Source of the DNA: Trichodelitschia bisporula
Taxonomy: Eukaryota
Assembly: GCA_010356995.1 (NCBI GenBank)
Contig: ML996691.1
Location: 1,246,174-1,310,173, forward strand
Direction of reading: 5' to 3'
Length of the DNA: 64,000 nt
This document shows, piece by piece, positions 52,558-64,000 of the stretch (positions are counted from its first letter, which is position 1; the number at the start of each line of letters is the position of its first letter). Under the pieces are notes generated by a model. The model had not been told where the DNA came from and did not search any database. It was given only the letters and a program-made list of their open reading frames with translations. The position numbers were made by a program, and so were the translations under genes.

Positions 52558-55500
52558 CTAAAACCCCTTAAACGGATCAAACTCAAACTCATCCCCATAA
52601 ACAACCCCACTCCTCCGCCCATCACTCACGCTCGCCCCCCCGCTGCCACTCCCACTCGCCACACTCCCCCCATACCCCCTCCGCCCCCTCCTATGCACTC
52701 CAATCCCCCCCACCGCCCCCCCCGCAAACCCAAGTCCAGAAACACTCATTCCATCCTCCGCCAGCCCCTCGCTAGTCCCAAACTCACCCTCCACAAAAGC
52801 TTCCATCCGCACCATACCCACTTCGTCGAGTAAGGGCGCCCGCCCCGTCCGGCCCACGCTGCTAACGTCACTCGTCCGCGCACTCACGCCCCCCCAGCTA
52901 CCGGGCCCGATGCTAACGGATGGACTCCCGAAGTCACTACTCGCCGCGGAAGCCGCGCTGCTGTGCCCAATATGCGGCCCCGGTATCGTGGCGTACCCTA
53001 GCGCACGCAATGCGCTCGGCGGCGCCCTAGGGCCCGTCATGCTCCTCTTCCGCCCATGATGGGGAAAGCGCGGTATGGACGGCGGTTCCGCAGCATCAGG
53101 CACAGGCGCCGCACGGGCCGGACTACCAGCCCCAAAGTCATGATGGTGCGCGGGCCCCGAGGCGCCGGAGTGATAGGAAGGCGTCGCAGTGCTAGCGGTC
53201 GTGAGATCGCGCTTCACGCCGGGGGTGGGGCGGGACTTGTCCTTGGCCAGGCGGACGGAGTCGCGGGGCCCGCCGCGGCGGAGGGAAGTGGTGTTCGGGT
53301 GGAGAGGGACGAGGGGCGCGTCGTCCAGCTCCTCTGGGGGAGGCGGGGGGGCCAGACCGGGTGCTAGCATGGGGGAGTGCGCTAGGAAGGACAGCGCGGT
53401 TAGCCAGGTATAATGCCGTTCGCGGGACATGGCTGTGAATTTAAGCGCGCGGGCGGGGGTCAGGATGAGGATTGAGCGGTTGAAGGGCTCTGCGATACCG
53501 TGGTTCTTCGGCAGGGGCGTGTCGTCCCTGACATCCAGCACGGATTGGATAACCAGCTTGCGCCCGTTCTTGCCCATCAGCGCCGAGTTCGAGGCCGGCT
53601 GCTTGGTGCTCCACATGACGGCGCGCTCGTATGGCGAGAGCCACACCCAGCGCTTGTGCCGCACGCCGTTGCCGGTGACATTGACGGACCCATCCGTGCC
53701 AGGCCGGCCCATGACTTCCTGCGGGGACTCGGGGACGCCGAAGGATTTACGCCGGCGCACGTACTTCCACATCCACTCGCCCACCATGGTCGCAGCGATG
53801 GCGTCGATGACGCTGCCCTGCGATGCGCGGCCGGCTTCGACGTTGCCGGAAGGCAGACCGTTAGCGTCGGTAAGGGCCTTGGAGTCAGCGTCCTGCACCG
53901 GGAAGCCGTTCTTTGGGTTCGTGACGTTGTCCTGCGGCATAGGCGGGTAGGACGGGCTGAGCGGGACGGGGTCGATGGGCGGCGAGCGGCTGCGTTGGCG
54001 GCCGCGCGAATTCGAGCGCTGGATTACCGTCGCGGAGCGTACCTTGCGCAGACTGTCCTTGCGGACGACCTGGTGGCGCGGTTGCCTCCGACTACCGAAC
54101 AGACCCCCGGAGCGGGGCGTGGGGCTCTGCGACCCCTCGCTCTTGCTCTGCGGGAAGAGACGGCGGGAGCTATCCCGGGCAGGGACGGGGAACGGCGGGC
54201 CGATGGATTTGTTGCTCAAGTGAGAGGAGCCGACGCTTGCGATACTCGGGGTGCGCGAGCGGTGGGCGTGGGCGGCGGTGCCGGACTGGATGAGGGCAGA
54301 GCGGCGGATGCTGGTTTGGCGGGCGAGGCCGCCGCTGCGCAGTTTCGATTTTTCGAAGGAGCTGCGCGTTTCGAGGGAGCTGCGGCCGCTGGTGATGGAC
54401 TGGGAGTAGTTTGATGCCTCGGGCTCGGTGCGCGGCTTCGATTCGACTTCCTTGTCTTCAGGGACGGGGCTGGGCCGCGTGCCGAAGTGGCGGATGTGCT
54501 TGAGGGCGCGGCTGGACATGGACGGCGTTTGAAAGGTGGATGATTTGGAGTCCTCGTCACCCTTCTGCGGCTCGTCTTCTTCGATATCGTCCTCGAATCC
54601 GGCGAACAGGCTGCTGTTCCTGAACGGTCGCCGCGGGCCGTCGAACCGTTCTCCGAAGAGCGGACCATTGTCGTTGTTGCCGGGATAGCGGTAGTCGATC
54701 CTTCCAGGTGGAGAAGTAGGAGACGGAAGCGGAGGAGGCGAGGAAGGAATGTGGTCGGAATTGGGAGAGGCAGAACGCTGGAAGATGCTTGCGAGATGCG
54801 GTCTTGTGACGGGAGACTTTTCCCTGCTAATCCGGCCCTTGACGAACTCAGGCGTGGGTGGGTTTGAGGTGATGTACGAAGGCAGAAGGTGCGGCGGCAG
54901 CTTCGCCAGACGCTGGTCCGTCCGGATCTCCTCCGTCTGCACGGATGTGGAGACATACGCGGCCATATTAGAGAAGGTGGTCTGAGTGCTGATATTCTTG
55001 GTGTTAGGCGGCAACATCGTTTCCTTTGGCGACGAAGGCGCAGACCCGGGAGGAATGATGGCAATTGCGGGAATTGGAATGGGTGCAGGAGCGGGAGCAC
55101 GTCCAAAGCCCATCGACATCTTCGGCGATGTCTTAGGTTCAGGGATGTCCGTCTGCGTTGCAACCGAGACAGGCTCGGACTGCTCCTCGAGAGATAATGG
55201 CTGAAGAGGGGAGTTTGGCGGAGAAACAGCGGGGGTAGCTGGCGGGCTAGGCGGAGAATCGATCGTCTGCATCGCAGCCGACACCATCACCGGCGACGCT
55301 TTCTGCGGCGTAGGAGGCGTGGGCGACATTTGCTGGCCTCTGTCAACGAGCGGCGGTGTCGGGGACACGCGCTTCTTGCGCTGATTCGCCTCGATCTCTT
55401 GCGAGGGCATTTCCGGCACAGGCGGGAGCTTATTGACGACCGGCGCCAGAGGCGGGGAAGGAGGCGGCGAGAACTGGATTCCAGTGTCCACATATTCAAC

Positions 55501-56748
55501 CGGTGTCCTTTCGAGCTTCTCAAGTTTCTCCAGCTTCTCCCCGATGAACGCTTCGAGCGCAGCTGACTTCCGCAGGTCGAAATCCAACGCTGTGGCGTAC
55601 GGTCCACGATGCTCAGACATGAGTCCGAGGATACGCTTCGCCTTCTCGTCATGGTAGTGCGATTGCCGCGACTCCATAGCCCGCCTCGCACGGATCTCCT
55701 GCTCGGTCAACTCCTCGTCCTCGTCACCAAGGTCATCCAGGTACTCGTCTTCCTCGTCCAGCTGCAGCTCATCCGCGAGGCTGATACCGTTGCCCTTGGG
55801 ATCGCCACCAGCCGCACTCTGTTGAGAGAAGCGATAGAGTCTGTTCAAGCTGCGCCGGCTGCTTGCACTCATCGTCCGCCGGTGCTTGGTAACCTTTCGC
55901 CTGGGAGAGCACGTGATGCTCGCTGTGTCGCTTTCTTCGCCAACGCCGCTGTCCTTGGTATTATCCTCTTCCTCGCCTTCGGCGCCACCATTCTCAAGGT
56001 GGAATTGGGCGGCCTCGTGCTGGGCTGCCAGCTCCTCGAGGACAGTTTTTAAGCGCGTCTCGGTGATGTGCACACGGCGCTCATACGAGCGTTTCTCCAG
56101 GTCCCACGCATCCTTCTCTTTCTCCCAGATAGCATGTCGACGCTCGGAATCCTCCTCTTGCGTGCGGATACGCTTCTGCGCCGCTTCTAGCTTCGCCTTC
56201 AGGTCCACATTAGACTCCTTGGTGTCATCGCGGTCCTTGGCCATTTCTTCGAGCGCGGCAAGCGTTCCATGTTCGAGTTGCTGGAATTGGCGCTTCAGCG
56301 TGCGCCGATCCTTGTCCGAATTCGAAAGCTGCTCGGCGATATCTTCCTTCTCGTTGCGCGCCGCCTGCAAGTTCCCTTCAAGGTCTTCGATGAACTTGTG
56401 TTTAGAGTCGAGCTCACGACGCAGGTTCAGAATTTCCGACACGAGAGAAGCATGCAGCGTTGGTGTGAACCGGCGCGGATCGCAGAGCACGGAGTCGTCG
56501 TTGGCGTCATTGTCGTTGTTCTTGTACTCGTCATTGTTCGTGCCCGGGGATGAATGGGGCATTGGCGGCGGCGAGGACGAGGGAAGCGGCGGCGGAGAAG
56601 ACGATCCCGCGCGGGACCGAGTGCCGGGACGCGACGACCGCCTGGATCGAGATATCATCGGTGTTTGGTAAGGCGTGTCGACGGGCGAGGGGAGCGCAGT
56701 TCCTGAGCCAACGGCCTCGAGGTCGCCAAAGTAGTCACTCGTCGCCAT
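52558..56748 (-). CDS. Num1/ApsA/Mcp5-like cortical protein (coiled coil + Mcp5-type PH domain), probably a paralogue of ApsA
   Basis: DPRRFTPTLHASLVSEILNLRREL coiled coil; S/P-rich middle with xxTQT repeats; PH region GEWMWKYVRRRK..RHKRWVWLSPYERAVMWS..SILILTPARALKFTA..RHYTWLTALSFL. Single long ORF; start uncertain. Confidence 0.82.
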   Translation of the reverse strand: MATSDYFGDLEAVGSGTALPSPVDTPYQTPMISRSRRSSRPGTRSRAGSSSPPPLPSSSPPPMPHSSPGTNNDEYKNNDNDANDDSVLCDPRRFTPTLHASLVSEILNLRRELDSKHKFIEDLEGNLQAARNEKEDIAEQLSNSDKDRRTLKRQFQQLEHGTLAALEEMAKDRDDTKESNVDLKAKLEAAQKRIRTQEEDSERRHAIWEKEKDAWDLEKRSYERRVHITETRLKTVLEELAAQHEAAQFHLENGGAEGEEEDNTKDSGVGEESDTASITCSPRRKVTKHRRTMSASSRRSLNRLYRFSQQSAAGGDPKGNGISLADELQLDEEDEYLDDLGDEDEELTEQEIRARRAMESRQSHYHDEKAKRILGLMSEHRGPYATALDFDLRKSAALEAFIGEKLEKLEKLERTPVEYVDTGIQFSPPPSPPLAPVVNKLPPVPEMPSQEIEANQRKKRVSPTPPLVDRGQQMSPTPPTPQKASPVMVSAAMQTIDSPPSPPATPAVSPPNSPLQPLSLEEQSEPVSVATQTDIPEPKTSPKMSMGFGRAPAPAPIPIPAIAIIPPGSAPSSPKETMLPPNTKNISTQTTFSNMAAYVSTSVQTEEIRTDQRLAKLPPHLLPSYITSNPPTPEFVKGRISREKSPVTRPHLASIFQRSASPNSDHIPSSPPPLPSPTSPPGRIDYRYPGNNDNGPLFGERFDGPRRPFRNSSLFAGFEDDIEEDEPQKGDEDSKSSTFQTPSMSSRALKHIRHFGTRPSPVPEDKEVESKPRTEPEASNYSQSITSGRSSLETRSSFEKSKLRSGGLARQTSIRRSALIQSGTAAHAHRSRTPSIASVGSSHLSNKSIGPPFPVPARDSSRRLFPQSKSEGSQSPTPRSGGLFGSRRQPRHQVVRKDSLRKVRSATVIQRSNSRGRQRSRSPPIDPVPLSPSYPPMPQDNVTNPKNGFPVQDADSKALTDANGLPSGNVEAGRASQGSVIDAIAATMVGEWMWKYVRRRKSFGVPESPQEVMGRPGTDGSVNVTGNGVRHKRWVWLSPYERAVMWSTKQPASNSALMGKNGRKLVIQSVLDVRDDTPLPKNHGIAEPFNRSILILTPARALKFTAMSRERHYTWLTALSFLAHSPMLAPGLAPPPPPEELDDAPLVPLHPNTTSLRRGGPRDSVRLAKDKSRPTPGVKRDLTTASTATPSYHSGASGPAHHHDFGAGSPARAAPVPDAAEPPSIPRFPHHGRKRSMTGPRAPPSALRALGYATIPGPHIGHSSAASAASSDFGSPSVSIGPGSWGGVSARTSDVSSVGRTGRAPLLDEVGMVRMEAFVEGEFGTSEGLAEDGMSVSGLGFAGGAVGGIGVHRRGRRGYGGSVASGSGSGGASVSDGRRSGVVYGDEFEFDPFKGF

Positions 56749-59700
56749 AACTTGAGAGGGGTAAATTGGTACTTTGGATTGTATTTCCAGCTCAGTCCGG
56801 GGGGTGAGGGCGGGACTCAAGATAGGTGAAACATGTTCCCTGGGGTGTTCGTGCTCCAGCGAGGGATGGAGCCGGGTTCCCTAGTAATGAAGTGCCACGG
56901 ATCTACGAGGTGCAAAGTTCACGCTGATTTCTAGTCCAGGGTGATTGTTGCAGAGCGATGAAGTCGAAAGGGGGTTCCTGATTCGAGCGTGTGAGCGGCA
57001 CTGCGCTGTCCAGACGACGTCGAGAAGGTCCAGCCGAGGGAGTGAAATAAGTGAGAGACTGAGAGAGCGAGAGAAACGAGAGCTGGAGACGAAGGTGTCG
57101 CGACTATGGCGACAATATACCACCTGCCTTGTCTATCTTGAGGGGTTGTCAATTGGTACTCGGAGAAGGGGAGGGAGGGGAGTCGTGCGGTACGTACGGT
57201 CTATAATGCACTAACCACACGATGCGCCAGCTCTATGCACAAGGCAACAGTCGTCTCAATGGGGGACAAGCTCAAAGATGCTGAACGAAAGATGATGAAG
57301 GAGAGTAGAGTTTTAGGTCCGGTATCCGTTATGGTAAATGTTGACGCGCTTCCGAGAAGGGACGAGAAGCAACAGAGGCTCACTCGCTCGGGTACCTTGG
57401 GGGAGAGTTTGGTGTCTGAGCTTTCGGCACCGTTCCTTGCGCGCGTCGCGTTAGAGGCAAAGCCAACGACGGTAAAAGAGACCGTGCTTAGGGGGAGGGG
57501 TGGAGACTGGGAAAGAGGCGGCGGAGGGGGCGTGCGAGGCGTGAGAGAAAAGGGAGATGGCAGAGACTCTCAAAGACTACAAATTTGGTCGACACAAGCC
57601 TTGTAGATGGGGCCCGCAGCTCATTTAGAGTTAGCACGCCTCTTCACTTCACGCAGCAGCAGAAGAGTCAGCTAGAAAGAGAGGAGAGTGAGAGGAGCTG
57701 GGGGTTGGAAAGGCTGCAGGAGGATTGATGCGCCGTTTTCTCCGCTCTGGAGAGAGAACTGGGGATTTGTGGACTGGTGGATTGGTGAACCAGGGGATTT
57801 TGGAGAGGGGAGAAATGCGGCAGCTTACGCCAAATCCGACTGGGATTGGAGGTTGTGGATTTGGGGAAGGAGGGGTGAGCTGGACTGCTGCAGGGTTCCG
57901 CTTGTGGGGGTAACCTTTTTTTTTCGACCTCGAGCTGCCGTACCTTTTTGGAATGCAGAGAAAGACGGAGCAGAAGAATGAGGTTTGATGATCAGAAAGA
58001 GTTGAGTTTCTCTAGAAAGTCGAATTGACCAACAGTTCAGCGATGTGAAGATGATCGCCAAACCAGGATCCCTTTCGCAGTTGTCCCTCCGCCAACGAAC
58101 AACACCGACATCACACTCCTGAGCCAGCCCAGAGCTCCCTATCATCAACACCCGGAGGAGCAGAAGAAATTAGACTACGCACGGATGCTTTTTTGCTCGT
58201 GGGCGTGGAAGCGGCTCGTGCTTCCCCCCCAAGCGAAGCTGTTTTCGGGATGGCGCCGTTGATCCCCATTGGGCGTTCGACACTAGAGCCGGAAAGCTTT
58301 GGAGATATCAAAAAGCCTCTGCCTTGGATCCGTTGTGATGCGCAGAAACTGCAGGCAGTTCTCTGGCTCGCTGTGATGGAACAATGAACTGTTGCGCTGT
58401 GCGCGGCCCACTGCCCTACGATGCGAAAGCCCTGCCGGCAGCTGCTGTGGCCAGATGCCAAAACCCGGTGGAGTACGAAACGTCGAATGGTGGCGCTGGA
58501 GGTCTTGCTCCAGAGTGCTCCAGAGTGCTCCAGACAATCTGACTGGCCGCGCGCCCTCCGTTCATATTTAGGACATAGCTCCGCAGCGAATCCGTCTCTC
58601 CAATGCTCCCACGACGCGCGTCTATCGCCATTGAAACCGCTCCCATCGTCGCCGCTCACGCGTCGCCGAAACATCAGCGATCAACCGCGCCCGTCCCCTC
58701 ATCCATCCGCCGCGCGCAAAATTACCCGTCTGCGCATCCCCGTCCCGCAGTACCCGCAACATCGGCTCCACCACCCTTCCCCCGCCGCGGCGCGCGAACC
58801 GGGCCTAGCGCGCACGCCCGCTGTTTCAACCTCCCGGTGCTTTCCTCACCTGTGGCTGCCGGCAACGCTGCGTGCCCGAGACACGGCGTCGCTTTTTTAT
58901 GCCTGCGCCAGGCGACCAGGCACGAGTTGCTGCAAGAGAGGTGAGAGAGGCACAGCAGTTGTTTGCTTGCGATGCGCGTTGATGCGAAGGGATTGGAGTG
59001 ATGTTTCGACGTGCGGTTTCTGAGCTGGAGGGCAGAGGCTACGCTTCGACGTCGGTACTGGGCGGGTGTTTCGTCAGGCACCCCATCGCAATCGCGTCTT
59101 CTCCCATCCATTCATGCCCTCGTAACCCGCTCAGCCAATGCCAAAAATTCTTTTTCGCATTTCCCTTTCTTCGAGTCCGAAACTCGTGTCCGCGCCATTC
59201 ACGCCCTCACCCATTGGCTGCTCTCCAACTCCCCCGTCTCTTGCAAGCTCACAATATCCCTCCATGAATTCCCCTCCCTTTTGCTGCCTGTTTCCCCGTG
59301 GAAAAGAGTGCGTGGGCGCCGGATGGCAACCCGATACGAACGTGATGCCCAGCCCGCCACGCAGCCCGCCTTCCCCATCGCCATCTCCCGCGACGCAACC
59401 TCATCACACATTAGACTTTCACCGGCGTGATCGCGCCGGCCCATTCCCTACGTGACGAGAGAAATCTTCCGCAACTCAAAAACTTTCCGAACCGCGGATC
59501 AGCGTCCGGTCTTCATATTCCCTGCCCGTTAGCTGCCCATCCCCCGGATTCTATCACGTTGTCGTTGTTGTCGTCGTCGCTGCTGCTGCTGTTGAAGTGA
59601 TAGCAGGGCCTCGAACCCTCACCCCAATCGGCCCATCCTTGTCCCGGCTGCAGTACCGTAGTAAGGCGCCCCCAGTCCGTAGCCCGGTCATTAAAATTGG

Positions 59701-62136
59701 GGATAAGCTCGCATGCCCTGGGAGGCGGGGGGATGCTTGCTGCGTGTGCCGCGATCGCAGACGACGTACTTTGTCCTGTGCCTAGGGCTGGCGATGGGGG
59801 GGTATTTGGGTAGGGCAGAGGGTGGGAATGTGCGAAGCTTCTGGATGGAAGTGTGGGCTGCTGGGGAAGGAAGGCTATGGCGCTGAAGAAAAGAGGGTGC
59901 CATGCGGCGAGGTGGAGGACTGCAATGTCGGAGAGGGAGACGTCGTGCGCCAACGGGGAAGGGACACGACGGTCGCTCTTTATCCCGCCAACATGCACCG
60001 CGCATTGTACGTACACCGTACGGATGTACAAAACTACAGTTTGAGACCTCTGCTTGAGCGAGTAGCCTCGTGCCTGTGCAGAGGGCATGACGGCTGCACT
60101 TTCCTCCGCCAGCGCATACTGCGCGCCGCGCGTATAAAACTGCAAGTTGAAACCGCGTTGTATGATCGCCTCCAGGTCTCGCCATCTACTTGGGCTCAAC
60201 ATCTTGCGGGTCGTTGGCAGCGTTCTCGGATTGCGATCCCATATTAGCAGCTTTGCCAACCTCAAAAGCGCCTGTGTAGCCTCGACACAGGCGCCTTTGT
60301 GGTTGGCAACGCGGCTAATCATGGGATCGCAATCAGCGAGCTTGGCCGGACACTCGATTTCCATGCCGGAGACTGACTCCTCCGCTGCGCATGCCACATC
60401 CTCAACTTCGCCGTAAGGCCGGCATTCTCAAGCCACGCCGACGACGATGAGGGCCACCCTTGCGACGAGGTTGATATGTGGCATCCACATCGGATATGTC
60501 GGTCATCAACATCACAATCGAAGGTCTGGCAAGCTCACGGACTGCCTCATCACCTAGCGACGAGATATAAACCGTCAGTCCCCCATATACCCCCCTCTGC
60601 GTTTCCCCTCGATTAACAGACCAGATGCAGGTCCCCGCCTCAGCAGCCCACCCGCGATAAAGTACCGGTACCACCCACGCCGCCGGTCCCGGAGCACACG
60701 ACAACGTGGCGCCTGAGCTTGTTCGTCACACGTTGCACGACGTCGGATCCGAAGGTGCGGGCCGTGACTCGGGCCGGGCTGTGGTCGAGTGGAGAGGGTT
60801 GAGGACGGCATATGAGTATCGCGGGAGGAAAGGCGATTGGAGTCGTGGGACGGCGCTGCGCTCTGTCTATTAGGCTGGGCGATGCATCTTCACTCCTGAA
60901 GCAAATCGCAATGCATTGCTCTCTCACCGTCTGTCCGATGACAAAGCTTCATCCGCAATGCCCGCTTCGTGTCCAAGCGGAATCCCAAAGCAACAATGCA
61001 CACCCCACCCCCTTCCTCAAATATACTTTCCTGCCAGCCGAAAACTGGTACCTGATCTTCCCGGCCTCGCATTCGTCCACAGTCACGCATATACACCCAG
61101 TCTATCTAGCAGTGGCTCTCGGACCGCGCCCCCAATCAGGTAATATCTCGGACGGACAAGGGCGATATAACGCGCGTACGAGTCGCGGGCGTAGCAGTAC
61201 CCACACCACCAGCCTCAGTACCTCCCCCCCAACCCGTGCACACCCGCATCCCACCATCCCCAGCATCACCATCCTCCCCAACCACCTTCCAACCTTTCAC
61301 TCCCTGCCCCCAATGCCAACTCTCCCCGCCCCTCCCCTCCGCACCGCAATCCTCCAAACCCGACAGCACGGTTTGACAGCGGCGCCATTAATCCCCCTAA
61401 ACGAGGTACAAAGTGACATGTATATCGCTCTAAAGTGACATATATGAAGTCGCGCCGCACGGGCGCCGACAGGGGAGGGCCGCTTCGGCTGACCTGGGGC
61501 ATCCTTGGGGCGGAGGCGGGCCGAACGCGTGGGGCGGGGAGTGCGGAGGGGACTCGGAACGGAGGGATAGAGGATAGAAGGCGGCTCGGGAAGGTTGTGG
61601 TTAATATCATTAGGGAAGATGGTCAGACGGGGCGGGTATGATTATTTCCTGTGCTCGCTGGGCAGGCTGAAGCGGGCCGGGAAGGCTGTAAGGTGCGACC
61701 CGCGATTGGCTTGGCGTACGTAGAACGTCGGTGGAGGGATGGAAAACTTCATCTTGTCTGTCATCACGTCTGCTGGATGGCTTCTTCAATCAAGTTTACT
61801 ATGTGAGGTGATCTTTGCCATTGCCTTCACTTTCTCATGTTCATCCTGTCCAAGAATCTGCCGGATGGCATATGATTCAGCTTTCTCTAGAAAATAGTCT
61901 AGTGATGGGGGTGAGCAACCCGATTTATTGCATTCTTGCACTCATGAGTTTGACAGAGTCTGCCACGCTGTGAGAGCAAGCCCGGACCTAGTGAGGACAA
62001 TGTTGCATTTCCGATTAAACCGCTGGGCTACGGTCATAAGCGTAGCGATACACCACTGCATAACTCCAACCACCCATTAGGACAAGCCGGACCGAACATT
62101 CCATCAAATACCCACCAACCCCATTATGCCGCAAAC

Positions 62137-64000
62137 CTACGCCCACATGCGCGTGAACTTCTCATCGAAACTGGCCTTCAACTGCGTGAACGCCTGGAGC
62201 ACCTTTGGAAGTCCCTGCAAGTCGATATGTATCGTCTCCGCTGGCGTCGTCCGGTTCTGACTGGACCGCGTGCCTTCTCCTGTGGACGACTCCATGACCG
62301 CCGCAGCATCATCGCTCTCACCCTCGTCATCCGACGACGACCCCGACGTCTCCGGCGTGCTCTTCGCAAGCACTTCATTTTCCTCTTGCGTCACTCGCTC
62401 ATCCTCAACGCCCACAACGTCCTCCATACCTTCATCCGGCCGCGCCGTTTCATCCAAGATATTAGCGATGCTAGTCACAATAGTGGCCAGCACGAGCGAA
62501 AAATCGGCCAGTGCGTACCAGACATCGCTTCTACGTATGCCATTTGCAACCTCCAGCTCCTTGACGGAGCCGTGCTTGTAGAAGTCGTACAGGTACGCGT
62601 TGAGCGGCTCCGACTTCTCAACTGGGAGATACGGCACCACCGCCTCCTCAAGGAACACGCCCCCGCGCACCGTGCTACATAACTCAGCGATGCTGCCGAA
62701 TTCGTCTCCGTGGCCAGAGAGCGCGACGAAAGCTGAGCGGACTGTGGGTGCGGGGAGCGTCCCCGGCGTCGCTGGGCCGCCGGACCCACCAACCGCCACG
62801 CCCGTCAGCGGCAGCGCAACGTCCGGAGACTTCAAATGCTGCTCCGCGAATGTTCGCACGTATGCTACAAACACGGCGAGCGTATCGGCGTTGTGCGCAG
62901 CGATGACATCTTGGGCAGGGACCGGGAGGGGCGGGAGGAAAACAACGGAGGACGAGCGGTGCACGACCTTGTCGATGAACTCGGAGTCGGCTTGGCGGGC
63001 CGGGCGCTGACCAAACAGGTGCGCCATCACGAGCATCAGCGTCCGACACGTGCTTTGCGGCTTGGTGTCGATGTCGGCGCACAGCTTGTGCAGGTAGCCG
63101 CTGCTGAGCAGCGCGTGGAAGACCCAGGCGCTACCCTCAGTGTAATATAAATGAGATACGCAGCCAGCGAAGTTGATCGGCACGCCTCGCGCGTCGAGGA
63201 GGTATTGGCGGCGCAGGTACTCGATAGAGAAGCGCAGGTGGTGGAGAACGGCTGCGCGTGAGTCCCCGGAGCCCAGATACAGGCACGGTTGCGAGAGGAT
63301 GGCATTTATCGTCTGGTTCGCGTACGGCGAGTTGCCCGACCCATGGAGCAGGACCGCGAGGCGGAGCACCATCGATGTCGTAATCGGGAAGTGGCCGCTC
63401 AGATCGGGGAGCCGCGAGCCGATGAGCCGGAACACCTTAACGGTCGGAACACAGAGGAACACGACGTTTCCGAGGACGTCGAAGCTGCGACGGCCGGCAC
63501 GCCCGGCACACTGCCGGAAGTTGAGCGCCGTCAAGAAGACCGAGTCGCCAGCAAACATGACTGTCTTGCACGGCATGTTGATACCAAGAGCGAGGGTACC
63601 GGTCGCGATGATAACGCGGAGGAAGCCCTTGCGGAAGAGGACCTCCACGATAATCCGATACTTGCGGTTCATACCGGAGTGATGGATGCCTATACCGCGC
63701 TCAAGGGCTTCGATGAGCCATTTGCTCACCTTTCGCCCGCGCAGTTCCGCTTGGTATTGCGCCAGCTCCGACGGGGCAAGCTTCTTGACGTCCACGAAGT
63801 GGAAACCATTGAGCGGAGCCTTCGGGTTGAAGCACGCCCACTTGCTCTCTCTCAGCCCGACGCCCTCGCGTTTATCCTCCTTTGCCGATGGCTTTTCACC
63901 TTCTTCGTCTCGGCCCTTGACCTTCTTCGGGGCCTTGGCCTTTTTGACGCGAGCCGTCGCGGCTTCCTGCTCCCGCAAATACTCAGCATAGTCAGCCATT
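62137..64000 (-). CDS. DDX60-like (Ski2-like) DExD/H helicase, C-terminal part; 5' end outside the window
   Basis: RGIGIHHSGMN..VEVLFRKGFLRVIIATGTLALGINMPCKTVMFAGDSVFLTALNFRQCAGRAGRR (helicase motifs IVa-VI); LNAYLYDF C-terminal domain. Confidence 0.85.
   Translation of the reverse strand, partial: MADYAEYLREQEAATARVKKAKAPKKVKGRDEEGEKPSAKEDKREGVGLRESKWACFNPKAPLNGFHFVDVKKLAPSELAQYQAELRGRKVSKWLIEALERGIGIHHSGMNRKYRIIVEVLFRKGFLRVIIATGTLALGINMPCKTVMFAGDSVFLTALNFRQCAGRAGRRSFDVLGNVVFLCVPTVKVFRLIGSRLPDLSGHFPITTSMVLRLAVLLHGSGNSPYANQTINAILSQPCLYLGSGDSRAAVLHHLRFSIEYLRRQYLLDARGVPINFAGCVSHLYYTEGSAWVFHALLSSGYLHKLCADIDTKPQSTCRTLMLVMAHLFGQRPARQADSEFIDKVVHRSSSVVFLPPLPVPAQDVIAAHNADTLAVFVAYVRTFAEQHLKSPDVALPLTGVAVGGSGGPATPGTLPAPTVRSAFVALSGHGDEFGSIAELCSTVRGGVFLEEAVVPYLPVEKSEPLNAYLYDFYKHGSVKELEVANGIRRSDVWYALADFSLVLATIVTSIANILDETARPDEGMEDVVGVEDERVTQEENEVLAKSTPETSGSSSDDEGESDDAAAVMESSTGEGTRSSQNRTTPAETIHIDLQGLPKVLQAFTQLKASFDEKFTRMWA

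Overview
Eukaryotic genomic DNA from a filamentous ascomycete (Pezizomycotina-like). It has short GT-AG introns with CTRAC-type branch points, high GC and no prokaryotic features. Intact conserved genes: secreted type-B carboxylesterase, Ariadne RBR E3 ligase, Con-6 protein, eIF2B epsilon (GCD6), Skn7 response regulator, mitochondrial Prx5-type peroxiredoxin, SF3b14, PHD-JmjC demethylase Jhd1, HIS7, Ace2/Swi5, ubiquitin-S27a, a Num1/Mcp5-type PH protein, and the 3' part of a DDX60-like helicase. There are three intron-containing tRNAs (Ala-CGC, Glu-CTC, Gly-GCC). The most notable observations are: (1) a full-length DIM-2-type DNA cytosine methyltransferase broken by about 5 frameshifts and 2 premature stops, with several lesions in RIP-like CpA->TpA context; (2) an uncharacterised secreted 390-aa protein carrying the HH / HxH / Met motif order of copper type II (PHM/DBH-like) monooxygenases; (3) a small double-zinc-ribbon gene hidden by a 1-nt frameshift; and (4) a decayed Zn2Cys6 transcription factor. 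No transposon, CRISPR or rRNA was recognised. All calls come from manual reading and motif recall; no database search was run.
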